Counted from the first letter of the stretch, positions 1 through 9,857 are shown. The stretch: 64,000 nucleotides of DNA from an uncultured Bacteroidales bacterium (GCA_944320465.1 CALUHO010000006.1:43870-107869); one strand, 5' to 3'. Program-made: numbers and translations. Notes: generated from the sequence alone by a model not told the origin.

Positions 1-1792
1 CCAAGCGCTTGCGTTCGTTTTCGTCCAAGATAATCTTGCGCAAACGCAAATGCTGCGGCGTGATTTCCAAATATTCGTCCGGCCCGATATACTCCATGTA
101 TTCTTCCAAAGACATCTTCTTGGCCGGTGCGATATGGGTAGCCTCGTCCGAACCCGATGCCCGCATATTGGTCAGTTTCTTGCTCTTGCAGACATTAATC
201 ACCAAGTCGTCCGGACGGATATGCTCGCCTATCACTTCCCCGGCATAGACTTCCTCGTTCGGGTCGATGAAAAAAGTCCCCCTGTCTTGCAGCTTGTCAA
301 TGGCATAAGCGTAAGCCGTCCCGGTTTCCATCACGACCAAAGCCCCGTTGCGACGGATACCGATGTCCCCTTTCCAAGGGCCGTAACCGTCAAAACGGCT
401 GGCCATGACCGCTTCCCCTTCGGTAGCCGTCAACACATTGTTGCGCAAGCCTATCATGCCGCGAGCCGGAATGCTGAAAATGATATGGGTACGATCCGAT
501 TGGGTTTCTATCGACTTGATTTCTCCCTTGCGCATGGTAGCCATTTCGATAGCCTTGCCCGAGAACTCTTCCGGAACCACGATGGTCAGTTCTTCCATCG
601 GTTCGCATTTCTGGCCATCTATTTCCTTGATAATCACCTTAGGCTGCCCAACCTGCAACTCATAGCCTTCCCGGCGCATGGTCTCAATCAGCACCGACAA
701 GTGCAGAATGCCTCGGCCATAGACCAGCATCGAATCGGGCGAACCGGTATCTTCCACACGCAAGGCAAGGTTCTTTTCCAATTCCTTTTCCAAGCGTTCG
801 CGGATATGACGGGATGTCACATACTTGCCATCTTTGCCGAAGAAAGGCGAATTATTAATCGTGAACAGCATGCTCATCGTCGGCTCGTCCACCGAAATCG
901 GCTTCAAGGCTTCCGGAACCTCGTAATCGGCAATCGTATCCCCGATTTCGAAGTCTTCCAACCCCATCACCGCACAGACTTCCCCAGCTTCGACCGGTGT
1001 CTTCACCTTTTCCTTACCCAAGCCTTCGAACACATACAATTCCTTGATTTTCTGCTTCTCAACCGTACCATTCCGCTTCACTAAGCTCACGTTCTGCCCT
1101 GCCTGCAAAGTGCCTCGGGTCAGACGGCCTACCGCAATACGGCCTATATAAGAAGAATAATCCAAAGAGGTAATCATCATCTGGGTAGTGCCCGCCGGAT
1201 GCTTAGGCGCCGGTATGTATTTCAGTATCAAATCCAGAAGATACGTAATATCGGTGGTCGGTTTCCTCCAGTCCTCGCTCATCCAGCCTTGCTTGGACGA
1301 ACCGAAAGCCGTCGGGAAATCCAGCTGATCTTCCGTAGCCCCCAGACTGAACATCAAATCGAAGACTTTCTCCTGAGTCAGTTCCGGGTCGCAATTGGGC
1401 TTATCCACCTTGTTAATTACCACTATCGGCTTTAAGTTCAATTGAATAGCCTTCTGCAAAACGAAACGGGTCTGCGGCATCGGCCCTTCAAAGGCATCCA
1501 CCACCAGCAGCACCCCGTCGGCCATGTTGAGCACCCGCTCCACTTCACCTCCGAAGTCGGCGTGTCCCGGAGTATCGATAATATTGATTTTTACACCTTT
1601 ATAGCGAACCGACACATTCTTCGAAAGAATAGTGATGCCTCGTTCGCGTTCCAAATCATTGTTGTCGAGAATAAGCTCCTTCTTTTCTTGATTGTCCCTG
1701 AACAAATTGGACTGATACAAAATCCTGTCAACCAATGTCGTCTTACCGTGGTCCACGTGCGCGATAATGGCCACGTTCCTGATTTCTGTCAT
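1..1792 (-). CDS. typA: Translational GTPase TypA/BipA (3' end runs off the left edge)
   Basis: It is absent from the ORF track because the frame is open to the window edge. The reverse complement from ATG 1792-1790 reads [27 protein letters not shown]...[45 protein letters not shown]...VVINKVDKP (G1, G3 and G4 motifs). The + ORF 50..1084 is its antisense shadow. Confidence 0.9.
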   Translation of the reverse strand, partial: MTEIRNVAIIAHVDHGKTTLVDRILYQSNLFRDNQEKKELILDNNDLERERGITILSKNVSVRYKGVKINIIDTPGHADFGGEVERVLNMADGVLLVVDAFEGPMPQTRFVLQKAIQLNLKPIVVINKVDKPNCDPELTQEKVFDLMFSLGATEDQLDFPTAFGSSKQGWMSEDWRKPTTDITYLLDLILKYIPAPKHPAGTTQMMITSLDYSSYIGRIAVGRLTRGTLQAGQNVSLVKRNGTVEKQKIKELYVFEGLGKEKVKTPVEAGEVCAVMGLEDFEIGDTIADYEVPEALKPISVDEPTMSMLFTINNSPFFGKDGKYVTSRHIRERLEKELEKNLALRVEDTGSPDSMLVYGRGILHLSVLIETMRREGYELQVGQPKVIIKEIDGQKCEPMEELTIVVPEEFSGKAIEMATMRKGEIKSIETQSDRTHIIFSIPARGMIGLRNNVLTATEGEAVMASRFDGYGPWKGDIGIRRNGALVVMETGTAYAYAIDKLQDRGTFFIDPNEEVYAGEVIGEHIRPDDLVINVCKSKKLTNMRASGSDEATHIAPAKKMSLEEYMEYIGPDEYLEITPQHLRLRKIILDENERKRL

Positions 1793-1999
1793 GAATCAAT
1801 TCTATTTTAATGTCGTCGAATACGATAAAAGTCGAAAAGCCCATTGCCTAAAACAGACCCTCGACAAGCTTGGCTACCTTTTTCCCTACAGGCCAGACAA
1901 AGTGCAGATTTTGAAAAAAAATCCCTCATGAAGAGGTTGCCACACTTATGTCCCATAGCCGCCGAAAAAACTTGCAAAAGTAAGAATCTGACGGAAATT

Positions 2000-2842
2000 C
2001 TACAATCCCTTCCTCTCCTGCCGCTTCAAAATCCAAATCCCGGCCTCGTACAAGCACCAAATCGGAAAAGCCACCAACAGCATCGTGAAAACATCGGAAG
2101 TGGGCGTGATAACCGCAGCCAATGCCAAGACAATGACAACGGCATATTTCCTGTACTTTTTCAGGAAAGAAGCCGACAGAATGCCCATCTTGCCCAACAG
2201 CCAGCACAGGATAGGTATCTCGAACACGAAGCCCATCATCAGGTTGAGCATCCAGAATGTACCCATATACGATTGCAGCGAAATCAGGTTTTCCACCGAC
2301 TCATCTACTTGATACGTACCCAAAAACCTGAAAGTAAGCGGAAATATCAAAAAATAGCTAAGCATCACCCCGATCAGGAACATCAAGTAGCCAGCCCCCA
2401 CCGCTTTGAAAGCATAACGACGTTCGTTGGCATACAACGCCGGAGACACGAACTTGAATATCAAGTACAAGACATAAGGAGCCGCGCAAAAGAAACCAAA
2501 AGCGAAAGCCGTCTTCACATGAATCATGAACTGTTCGGCAAGCCCCGTGTTGATCAATTCCACATTGAACGAAGATGGCATAGGATGCAGAGAACTCAGA
2601 CCGTTAATCCAATCGAAAAGCCGATAAGTCACAAAGCTGTCCCGCCCCGGTGCCAGAACAATAGAAAACAACATTTTCTTAAAGCAAAACGCCACAATCC
2701 CGAAGCATAGACTGACCACGACGATACGGATCAAGCTTGACCGAAGCACATCCAAATGATCCCAAAAAGACATCATAGCCCCGGTTTGTTCCTGAACATT
2801 TCCGTTTTCCGGATTCCGTTCCACTTCCTCCAACCCGATCAT
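2000..2842 (-). CDS. tatC: Twin-arginine translocase subunit TatC
   Basis: It carries the SFWDHLDVLRSSLIR N-terminal motif and is polytopic and hydrophobic. It starts 3 nt after the tatA stop. Confidence 0.9.
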   Translation of the reverse strand: MIGLEEVERNPENGNVQEQTGAMMSFWDHLDVLRSSLIRIVVVSLCFGIVAFCFKKMLFSIVLAPGRDSFVTYRLFDWINGLSSLHPMPSSFNVELINTGLAEQFMIHVKTAFAFGFFCAAPYVLYLIFKFVSPALYANERRYAFKAVGAGYLMFLIGVMLSYFLIFPLTFRFLGTYQVDESVENLISLQSYMGTFWMLNLMMGFVFEIPILCWLLGKMGILSASFLKKYRKYAVVIVLALAAVITPTSDVFTMLLVAFPIWCLYEAGIWILKRQERKGL

Positions 2843-2845
2843 ATT

Positions 2846-3151
2846 CTACTTTTCCTCCTTGACCGTCCCGTCCGCTGTTGCTGCTTTTGCATCCTCATCA
2901 GACCTGTTTGGCATCGTCACAGAAGACTTTGTTTCTGAATCTTTTACATCATTCCTATTCCCGGCATCACGCAATTCGGACTCTTCGTCCTCCAAACCCT
3001 TCATCCCTTCCTTGAAGCTCCGAACCCCTTTACCCAACCCTTTCATCAATTCCGGTATCTTCTTGCCTCCAAAGATTAACAATACAATCAAGACCAGCAC
3101 GATAATTTCCGGCAGGCCAATGCTTCCCAAAAACAAAAGTTTCATATCCAA
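2846..3151 (-). CDS. tatA: Twin-arginine translocase subunit TatA/E
   Basis: It has a single N-terminal TM helix followed by the amphipathic FGGKKIPELMKGLGKGVRSFKEG motif and an acidic tail. Confidence 0.9.
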   Translation of the reverse strand: MDMKLLFLGSIGLPEIIVLVLIVLLIFGGKKIPELMKGLGKGVRSFKEGMKGLEDEESELRDAGNRNDVKDSETKSSVTMPNRSDEDAKAATADGTVKEEK

Positions 3152-3152
3152 A

Positions 3153-3674
3153 CTAATTTTTCCGTTTTTCTCCCGATAATTGCAAGAATGCCTCTATCCG
3201 CTGCAAACAAACCTCAGGACTCTCAGCATAGAAACAACGTTTCTCCAATGGACACCAACCGTTGCCGGCACGGTTGATGATATGCGGCACAAGTCGCCCA
3301 GCACTGAAAGGAACGCCATATTGCCGCAAAAGCCAGCTTGCCGGCAAACTTAACACGTTGGTATCCAACTCGGATATCCCACCCAAAATCATCAAGGAAG
3401 CCGCAGCCTTCCCCACCACCTTGTCAGCAACGAAGGCGGCCTGCAATTGAGCCGGCTCGTTCCTCAACAGATACAGCAAATCCTTAACCCCCCGTTCTCG
3501 TCCTATCCATTGTTTTTTGCCATTGCCGATTACACAAGAACAACCTAACTCATGCAACAAGCGCACGCATTCGTCCTTTTCTTTTTGTTCCATTGCACTT
3601 ACTGTTTCGTTACCTCGGATAGAACCAAGCCGAATGTTACTCCATTCCAACATAGCAAAGATTCTCACCTGCAT
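3153..3674 (-). CDS. DUF1893 (TM1506-like) domain protein
   Basis: The motif pattern SCVIGNGKK...VADKVVGKAAASLMILGGI...GVPF...VPHIINRAGNGWCPLE recalls the DUF1893 family. The true start is probably the internal Met near 3593 (MEQKEKDE). Confidence 0.6.
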   Translation of the reverse strand: MQVRIFAMLEWSNIRLGSIRGNETVSAMEQKEKDECVRLLHELGCSCVIGNGKKQWIGRERGVKDLLYLLRNEPAQLQAAFVADKVVGKAAASLMILGGISELDTNVLSLPASWLLRQYGVPFSAGRLVPHIINRAGNGWCPLEKRCFYAESPEVCLQRIEAFLQLSGEKRKN

Positions 3675-3787
3675 GCATCAATCCAACTTTCCAAACCCTC
3701 ACCTCTTCATAGTCCCCTGAAAACCCGAAGCTTGCAAAAATAATGAATTTTTGCTACATTTTTTTTACAGAATTTTTCAGTCTGGAA

Positions 3788-3818
3788 TTTGCTATTTTCA
3801 AAAGAAGCCGTATCTTTG
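3788..3818 (+). promoter_or_regulatory. Bacteroidetes sigmaA promoter for tRNA-Ala
   Basis: TTTG (3788-3791), a 19-nt spacer, then TATCTTTG (3811-3818), ending 14 nt before the tRNA 5' end. This matches the -33 TTTG / -7 TAnnTTTG consensus. Confidence 0.7.
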
Positions 3819-3831
3819 CAGCCTCTTTCGC

Positions 3832-3905
3832 GGGGTATTAGCTCAGTTGGCTAGAGCGTTTGACTGGCAGTCAAGAGGTCAGGGGTTCGACTCCCCTATA
3901 CTCCA
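3832..3905 (+). tRNA. tRNA-Ala (anticodon GGC)
   Basis: Hand-folded cloverleaf: acceptor GGGGTAT/ATACTCC with a G3:U70 pair, D arm GCTC..GAGC, anticodon loop CTGGCAG, T arm AGGGG-TTCGACT-CCCCT. No encoded CCA. Confidence 0.9.
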
Positions 3906-3946
3906 CAGCAGCAAAATGACCGCTTTAAAAGAAAAGTTGGAAAAAG

Positions 3947-3977
3947 TTTGCAGGTATAAAAAAAAGCAGTACATTTG
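3947..3977 (+). promoter_or_regulatory. Bacteroidetes sigmaA promoter for tRNA-Asn
   Basis: TTTG (3947-3950), a 19-nt spacer, then TACATTTG (3970-3977). Confidence 0.65.
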
Positions 3978-4009
3978 CAGCCTCAATTGCGGGCGAGTAC
4001 TGCAAGAAA

Positions 4010-4083
4010 GCTTCCTTAGCTCAGCCGGTTAGAGCATCTGACTGTTAATCAGAGGGTCCTAGGTTCAAGTCCTAGAGGGAGCG
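4010..4083 (+). tRNA. tRNA-Asn (anticodon GTT)
   Basis: Acceptor GCTTCCT/AGGGAGC, D arm GCTC..GAGC, anticodon stem TCTGA/TCAGA with loop CTGTTAA, T arm CTAGG-TTCAAGT-CCTAG. No encoded CCA. Confidence 0.9.
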
Positions 4084-4170
4084 CAAGAGACCTTGACACA
4101 TAGCGGATTGCTGGAATCAAGGATGAGAAAAAGAGGGTGTATCAAAATAGGCATTTGAAATCACCCTTAG

Positions 4171-4292
4171 GCGGCGTGTCAGAGTGAGTAAGATGCAAGG
4201 CGCTGAGAGCGAGAACGAAGGAGCGTACTGAAGTGCGTGACTGAGTTCGAGACTCGATAGCAACGAAGCAGATTGCTCATTATGACACACCG
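4171..4292 (+). repeat. Long-hairpin intergenic repeat, copy 1 (apex GGAGCGTACTGAAGTGCGTGA at 4220-4240)
   Basis: The outer arms CGGCGTGTCAGAGTGAGTAAGATGC and GCAGATTGCTCATTATGACACACCG are imperfectly complementary. A 39-nt block, AGATGCAAGGCGCTGAGAGCGAGAACGAAGGAGCGTACT, recurs exactly, reverse-complemented, near 54870-54912. A T-rich tract follows. The copy lies between convergent tRNA-Asn and the response regulator gene. Confidence 0.75.
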
Positions 4293-4332
4293 CTTTTTCT
4301 TTTTCTCAGAGAAAAAAACACCCTTTCCCGCA

Positions 4333-5481
4333 CTACAAATATCTCTCCACTTCCTCTTTGCCTATCGGTCCGGAACAAAGAATCAGCAGACGTTCGATAA
4401 TGTTGCGAAGCTGGCGGATATTGCCGGGCCAAGGCTGAGCGCAAAGCAAGGAAACCGCCTCCGGGCTGAAATCCCGAGGCTGCCTGCTCATCCCGGCCGA
4501 AACCTGCTCGTTGAAGTAGCGAACCAGTTCCGGAATATCCTCCTTGTGGTCCTTCAAGTCCGGAACACGAATCACAATCACGCTCAAGCGGTGGTAGAGG
4601 TCCTCGCGGAAACGCCCGGCAGCGATTTCGGCTTCCAAATCCTTGTTCGTGGCCGCAATCACCCTCGCGTTCACCTCGATAGGCTTCTCCCCCCCTACCC
4701 TCATGATGACATTTTCCTGCAAAGCCCGCAGCACCTTGGCTTGCGCCGAAAGGCTCATATCCCCGATTTCATCCAAGAAGATAGTTCCGTCCTGCGCCTG
4801 CTCGAAACTGCCTTTACGCTGCTTGACCGCCGAGGTGAACGAACCTTTCTCATGCCCGAACAACTCGCTCTCAATCAACTCCGAGGGAATCGCCGCGCAG
4901 TTCACTTCCACAAACGGCCCGTCCCCCACCAGGCTGTTCCTATGGATCCGCCTTGCAATCAGCTCCTTCCCTGTTCCATTCCTCCCCATGATCAAGACCC
5001 GGGCATCGGTCGGCGCCACCTTGTCGGCTATCTCCAAGGCTTCCGCGAACAAGCCGCTGTCCCCCACGATACGGTATTTCGATTCCACTTGGCGTTGCAG
5101 ATGCCTTGCCCTGTTCTCCATCCGGCCTTTGTCGAGCGCGTTTTTCAGCGAAACCAAAATCCGGTTCAATTCCAATGGTTTAGGAATGAAATCAAATGCT
5201 CCTTTCTTGATGCAGTCCACTGCCGTGTCGATATCTCCGTGGCCTGAAATCATGATGAAAGCCACCGGACATTGCGCCATCGCCTTTTCCAGAAGTTCCA
5301 CACCGTCCATGCCAGGCATCTTGATATCGCAGAACACCGCATCGACGGCGTTCTTCTGCAACATTTCCCAAGCCTGCAATCCGTCCGCCGCCTCGTCCAC
5401 CTCGTAGCCCTCATACTCCAGAATCTCGCGGAGGCTGCTGCGTATCAAGGCCTCGTCATCGGCCACCAGGATCCTTGCCAT
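4333..5481 (-). CDS. Sigma54-dependent (NtrC-family) response regulator: receiver + AAA+ domains, no C-terminal HTH
   Basis: Receiver motifs (ILVADDE, CDIKMPGMDG, FDFIPKP), Walker A GRNGTGKE, ESELFGHEKGSFTSA (a GAFTGA-loop variant), FLDEIGDM and PWPGNIRQL. The protein ends about 25 aa after the last AAA+ motif. Confidence 0.85.
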   Translation of the reverse strand: MARILVADDEALIRSSLREILEYEGYEVDEAADGLQAWEMLQKNAVDAVFCDIKMPGMDGVELLEKAMAQCPVAFIMISGHGDIDTAVDCIKKGAFDFIPKPLELNRILVSLKNALDKGRMENRARHLQRQVESKYRIVGDSGLFAEALEIADKVAPTDARVLIMGRNGTGKELIARRIHRNSLVGDGPFVEVNCAAIPSELIESELFGHEKGSFTSAVKQRKGSFEQAQDGTIFLDEIGDMSLSAQAKVLRALQENVIMRVGGEKPIEVNARVIAATNKDLEAEIAAGRFREDLYHRLSVIVIRVPDLKDHKEDIPELVRYFNEQVSAGMSRQPRDFSPEAVSLLCAQPWPGNIRQLRNIIERLLILCSGPIGKEEVERYL

Positions 5482-5712
5482 GTCACCTTATTTTCAAAAT
5501 TCACAAGATATGTCCCTCGCCTTCCCGACCGAATGACCGGATAAACGCCCGTTGCGACGAGCATCTGCAGGGCATGAAGCATTTTCGCGTGAAGGGCGCT
5601 TCCATACCGGACGGATGCATGGCGCAAGCAAGCTTGACTCTGCATTCAGCCGCACTGCAGCCAGTGCCAAGCAGCGAAAGGCTTGCACCAAAGCCGGCAC
5701 CGGCATGGAATT

Positions 5713-7035
5713 TTATTCCTTGTAGCGTATCCACTTCCACAACTCCTTGTACGACCCCTTCTTCCCATACATCAGGATTCCAACCCGGTAAATCCGCGCC
5801 GCCACCCAAGTCGAGCCGATGAAACCCAACACCAGCAAGCCCAGCGACAGCGCCAACTCCCAGACAGGCACCCCGAACGGGATACGCGCCATCATCACGA
5901 TAGGCGAAGTGAAAGGAATGATCGATGTCCAGAATGCCAGCGGGCCGTCAGGCGACTTCAAGACCGTAGCCACCACCAAAATACCCAGAATCAACGGAAT
6001 CGTGACCGGCCACATGAACTGGTTGGTGTCCTCCTGGTCTTCCACAGCCGCCCCGATAGCCGCAAACAAAGAAGCGTACAACAGGTAGCCGCCCAGGAAA
6101 TAAGCCAGGAAGAACAAAAGCAAGGACTTGATATGCAAAGACTCGATAATCGCCTGAATCTCCACCATCGTCGCCTGCACTTCCGTCATCGGCATCGCAG
6201 CCCCCATGCCCGGCATCGAACTCTGGGCTGCGGCCATCTGCGCCGCCTCCATGCTGCCTCCGCCTCCCAACATTCCTATCACCATCGTCAGCACCAAGGT
6301 CAGCACGCCCCAGAGCAGAAGCTGCGTCAAGCCCACGAAAGCCAGCCCCAGCACCTTGCCCATCAAGAGCTGGAACGGCTTCACCGACGAAATCATCACC
6401 TCGATGATCCGGTTTGACTTTTCCTCGATGACTCCGCTCATGATCTGGCTTCCGTAAATGAAGACGAAACCGTAAATCAGGAAACCGAACACATAGGCTA
6501 CAATGCTCTTGATTTCCGTATAAGAACGCTCGCCCGTTACCATGTCCTGCGAAATCACATCTACCTTGGCATTATTGATATACTCGAACAGCGCCGGATC
6601 CAAATCGCTCTCCTTCTGCATCAAGGCCATCCGCAACTCGTTTTCGGCCAAAGATTCTATTTCATCGATCGTGCTCATCGAGGGGTCGGTCTCCTGATAG
6701 AACAGCACCATCCGCTGACGGTTCGAGTCGGCTCCCGCCGCCGGGATCCACAAAGCCCCGGCGTACTGTCCTTCCCGCATCCCCGCCTTGGCCGCTGCCG
6801 TATCCGCCACAGCCTCGAACGTGTCCTCCGCCCCCGCGAAAGCCTCCGAGTACAAACCCGTCTCATCCACCAAGGCATACGTCTTGGACTCGTCCCCCAT
6901 CTGCATCAGCAAGGCCGGCGCGAACATCAAAGCTACCAACAGAATCGGGCCCAGAATGGTCATGATGAAAAAGCCCTTTTTCTTGACCCTCGTCGTGTAC
7001 TCCCGCTGGAGCACAACCCATGTATTATTTTTCAT
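5713..7035 (-). CDS. ABC-2 type transporter permease (NatB-like)
   Basis: An N-terminal TM helix, a large extracytoplasmic loop, then 5-6 C-terminal TM helices. It overlaps the upstream ATPase gene by 11 nt. Confidence 0.8.
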   Translation of the reverse strand: MKNNTWVVLQREYTTRVKKKGFFIMTILGPILLVALMFAPALLMQMGDESKTYALVDETGLYSEAFAGAEDTFEAVADTAAAKAGMREGQYAGALWIPAAGADSNRQRMVLFYQETDPSMSTIDEIESLAENELRMALMQKESDLDPALFEYINNAKVDVISQDMVTGERSYTEIKSIVAYVFGFLIYGFVFIYGSQIMSGVIEEKSNRIIEVMISSVKPFQLLMGKVLGLAFVGLTQLLLWGVLTLVLTMVIGMLGGGGSMEAAQMAAAQSSMPGMGAAMPMTEVQATMVEIQAIIESLHIKSLLLFFLAYFLGGYLLYASLFAAIGAAVEDQEDTNQFMWPVTIPLILGILVVATVLKSPDGPLAFWTSIIPFTSPIVMMARIPFGVPVWELALSLGLLVLGFIGSTWVAARIYRVGILMYGKKGSYKELWKWIRYKE

Positions 7036-7960
7036 TTTCCGCCTTTTTTACCGTTTGAATAAAAATATCGTTCATGCTGGGCAGCTTTTCCGAAAAATCC
7101 TTCACCTCCCCGTAACGCATCAGCGTCTCCAGCATCCGGTTCCCGTCCCCTTTCCCCTCGCCCATCTTGACCTTGAGCGCGTACAGTCCCGGCGCATCGC
7201 AAGGCGTGTTCTCCATGACCTCCACCACCGAAGCGAGTTCCTCCATCTTCTCCGGCGAGGAATGCAGCATCACATGGTAAATATTGTCGCTGAACTGGCG
7301 GCGGATATCCTCCACCTTCCCGTCCAGAATCTTTTTCGATTTGTTAATCAATGCGATTTCATCGCAAATTTCCTCCACCGAGGCCATATTATGCGTCGAA
7401 AAGATAATCGTGGCCCCCTTCCGCTTCAACTCTAAGATCTCGTCCTTGAGCAATTGCGCGTTTATCGGATCGAAGCCGCTGAAAGGCTCGTCGAAAATCA
7501 GCAGGCTCGGCTTGTGCAGCACCGTCACCACGAACTGGATCTTCTGCTGCATCCCCTTTGAAAGCTCGGCCACCTTGCGGTTCCACCAGGAATCGATACC
7601 GAACTTCTCGAACCACTCGTGCAGGCGCTTGCTGGCCTCCATCCGGCTCAAACCCTTGAGCTGCGCCAGGTACATGGCCTGTTCGCCCACCTTCATGTTC
7701 CGGTAAAGCCCCCGTTCTTCCGGCAGATAGCCCACATCGTAAATATGTTCGCGCGACAGTTTCTTCCCCTTGAGCAAGACTTCCCCCTCGTCAGGTGCCG
7801 TAATCTGGTTGATAATCCGGATAAACGTTGTCTTACCGGCCCCGTTCGGCCCCAAAAGCCCGAAAATGCAGCCTTCCGGAACGGAAATCGACACATGGTC
7901 CAGCGCCGTATGCGCCCCGTAGCGTTTCACGATGCCTTTCGCATCCAATAAAAAATCCAT
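7025..7960 (-). CDS. ABC transporter ATP-binding protein (NatA-like)
   Basis: Walker A GPNGAGKTT, signature LSKGMQQK and Walker B LLIFDEP. Confidence 0.9.
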   Translation of the reverse strand: MDFLLDAKGIVKRYGAHTALDHVSISVPEGCIFGLLGPNGAGKTTFIRIINQITAPDEGEVLLKGKKLSREHIYDVGYLPEERGLYRNMKVGEQAMYLAQLKGLSRMEASKRLHEWFEKFGIDSWWNRKVAELSKGMQQKIQFVVTVLHKPSLLIFDEPFSGFDPINAQLLKDEILELKRKGATIIFSTHNMASVEEICDEIALINKSKKILDGKVEDIRRQFSDNIYHVMLHSSPEKMEELASVVEVMENTPCDAPGLYALKVKMGEGKGDGNRMLETLMRYGEVKDFSEKLPSMNDIFIQTVKKAENEK

Positions 7961-8071
7961 AATGACTCTATCAATATTTTATTTACGAACCCATCGGGAA
8001 CAAGCATTCTCCTGCCGCCCGTCTCCAACTCCCGCCCCCTTCCTCTATCCTCCGCTTTCGACTAAGCCGAA

Positions 8072-8106
8072 AGAGCCCTGCCTCCAGAAGGAAACAGGGC
8101 TCTTTT
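8072..8106. terminator. Hairpin terminator downstream of glnA
   Basis: Stems AGAGCCCTG and CAGGGCTCT around a 14-nt loop. T residues follow on the + strand and TTCGG on the - strand. It lies immediately 3' of the glnA stop. Confidence 0.5.
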
Positions 8107-8115
8107 ACATAGGAA

Positions 8116-9612
8116 CTAACAGTGCATGAAGCGTTTGACTAATTCTTCCATCTTCGCCGGATTCTTGGCGACTTCTTCGCGAAGGCCCTTGTCCTTGAAT
8201 TCCTTGAGCGAATTGATCAAACCGTCGATCAAACCCTTGCTGAACACGCCGTATTCTTCGTAAACAGAACGCTGGGCCTGCAGGCAATCGGCCGAATCCT
8301 CGCAGCAGACAGGCAGCTGGTGGTATTTTTTTGCCTTTTCCTTGTTTTCATCGCTGAAGATGTTCACATCCACATAGTTGTCGGCAGCGAACTGCAAAGC
8401 GTCCTTCATTTCGAAACCATGACGGGCCGCCACGCAGAGACCGGCCACCAGCAGATAGATATTGGCCGAACCGTCCGGAGCCCGGAATTCCGCCGTCTGC
8501 TTGTTGGAATAATCCGGAGCCAGCTTGGCTTCCTTCGGGTTGGCATCCGCCGCCATGTTCTTGGTGGTTTCCCAGCCCAGCGGCACGCGTACCAGAGCCG
8601 AACGGTTGCGGTCGCCCCAGCAGATATTGGTAGGAGCTTCCTGATGAGGCACCAGACGGAAATACGACATAGGGTTGGTATTGCCGAATGCGGTCAGCGA
8701 AGCTGCCAGATCGAGGTAGCCGGCGATAGCAGTCTTGGCCACGTCCGAAAGCTTGTGTCCGGCATCGAGCATCTGGTTCTTGCCATCTTTCATGATAGCG
8801 GTATGGATATGCATCCCGCTGCCGGCCTTGCCCACAGTAATCTTGGGCGAGAAGGTCACCAAGAGGCCATGCTGGTAAGCCATCGTACGCAGAATCCACT
8901 TGGCGATAATCAACTGGTCGGCAGCATCTTCGAGCGGGCAAGGCAGGAATTCCACTTCGTTCTGCTCGTAGTTCTTGCCGTCCTGGCTGAAGTTGCCCAC
9001 TTCGGAGTGTCCGTATTTGATGCGGCAGCCGCAAGAGGCCATGGCCAGCATCGCTTCCTTGCGGAAATCCTCGAATTTGGTGAAAGGAGAGGATTCGTGG
9101 TAACCGCGCTGGTCATCGGCTTGGAACAGCGTATCTTCCTCGCCTACCACGTAATATTCCAGCTCGCCCATGCACCAGAACTCGTAACCGGTCTTTTCCT
9201 TCATCACCTCGCCGGCACGGCGCATCACGTAAGCCGGGTCGCTTTCAAACGGATTCCCGTCCTTGTCGTAATAGGAGCAAAGCAGGTCCAAGGTGGGGAT
9301 TTCGGCAAAAGGATTCAGGTAAGCGGTGCGGTAGCGAGGAATCACGTACAGGTCGCTCGCGCCGGCATCCAGGTTCTTGAACAGGCTTGAACCGTCCACC
9401 CGTTCGCCGCAGCTGAGGATGGTCTTCACATAATCCAGATCGTTGACCACGAAGTTGAGGGTCTTCAGACGGCCGTCTCCCGCCACGTAGCGGAAGTTGA
9501 CCATCTCGATCTGGTTTTCCTCGATGTAACGGAGGATGTCTTCTTTCGTGAATTCAGAAGCAGGCTTCTGAAGAAACTGCACCAGAGGGTGCGGGTTCAT
9601 TGAAATGCTCAT
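8116..9612 (-). CDS. glnA: Glutamine synthetase (about 500 aa Bacteroidetes GlnA-type)
   Basis: A beta-grasp N-terminal domain and a catalytic domain with KYGHSEVG...NEVEF, KAGSGMHIH and NRSALVRVP motifs. Confidence 0.85.
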   Translation of the reverse strand: MSISMNPHPLVQFLQKPASEFTKEDILRYIEENQIEMVNFRYVAGDGRLKTLNFVVNDLDYVKTILSCGERVDGSSLFKNLDAGASDLYVIPRYRTAYLNPFAEIPTLDLLCSYYDKDGNPFESDPAYVMRRAGEVMKEKTGYEFWCMGELEYYVVGEEDTLFQADDQRGYHESSPFTKFEDFRKEAMLAMASCGCRIKYGHSEVGNFSQDGKNYEQNEVEFLPCPLEDAADQLIIAKWILRTMAYQHGLLVTFSPKITVGKAGSGMHIHTAIMKDGKNQMLDAGHKLSDVAKTAIAGYLDLAASLTAFGNTNPMSYFRLVPHQEAPTNICWGDRNRSALVRVPLGWETTKNMAADANPKEAKLAPDYSNKQTAEFRAPDGSANIYLLVAGLCVAARHGFEMKDALQFAADNYVDVNIFSDENKEKAKKYHQLPVCCEDSADCLQAQRSVYEEYGVFSKGLIDGLINSLKEFKDKGLREEVAKNPAKMEELVKRFMHC

Positions 9613-9857
9613 ATCTTTTGTTTTTTATTTCAAGGGAAGCAAGACACTTACGCCGTTTCGCCACAGCCAACTACCGCTACAGGCAAAAAAAGCCCGTGAA
9701 GGCAACCCTAAATGCCTTCACGGTGATTACAATGCCAAAGAAATTCGACCTTTTCGTTCCATCGCCGCCTATCCTTCAGCAATACCGCAATGCAAAGATA
9801 GCCATTTTTCCAATACGCAAACCTGATAGAAAATTCGTTATCTTTGATCGCTTCGCA

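Noticed and set aside
50-1084. 344-aa + strand ORF at the left edge
   Set aside because: It is the antisense shadow of typA. It has an H/R/F-rich low-complexity composition and no recognisable motifs, while the opposite strand encodes an unmistakable BipA GTPase.
3751-4032. 93-aa + ORF spanning the tRNA region
   Set aside because: It overlaps tRNA-Ala, its promoter and the tRNA-Asn 5' end, so the RNA genes explain the sequence.
5482-5712. Sigma54 (TGGCAC-N5-TTGC) promoter near the response regulator / ABC genes
   Set aside because: GG and GC elements seen around 5670-5700 do not have the required spacing on either strand. No call was made.
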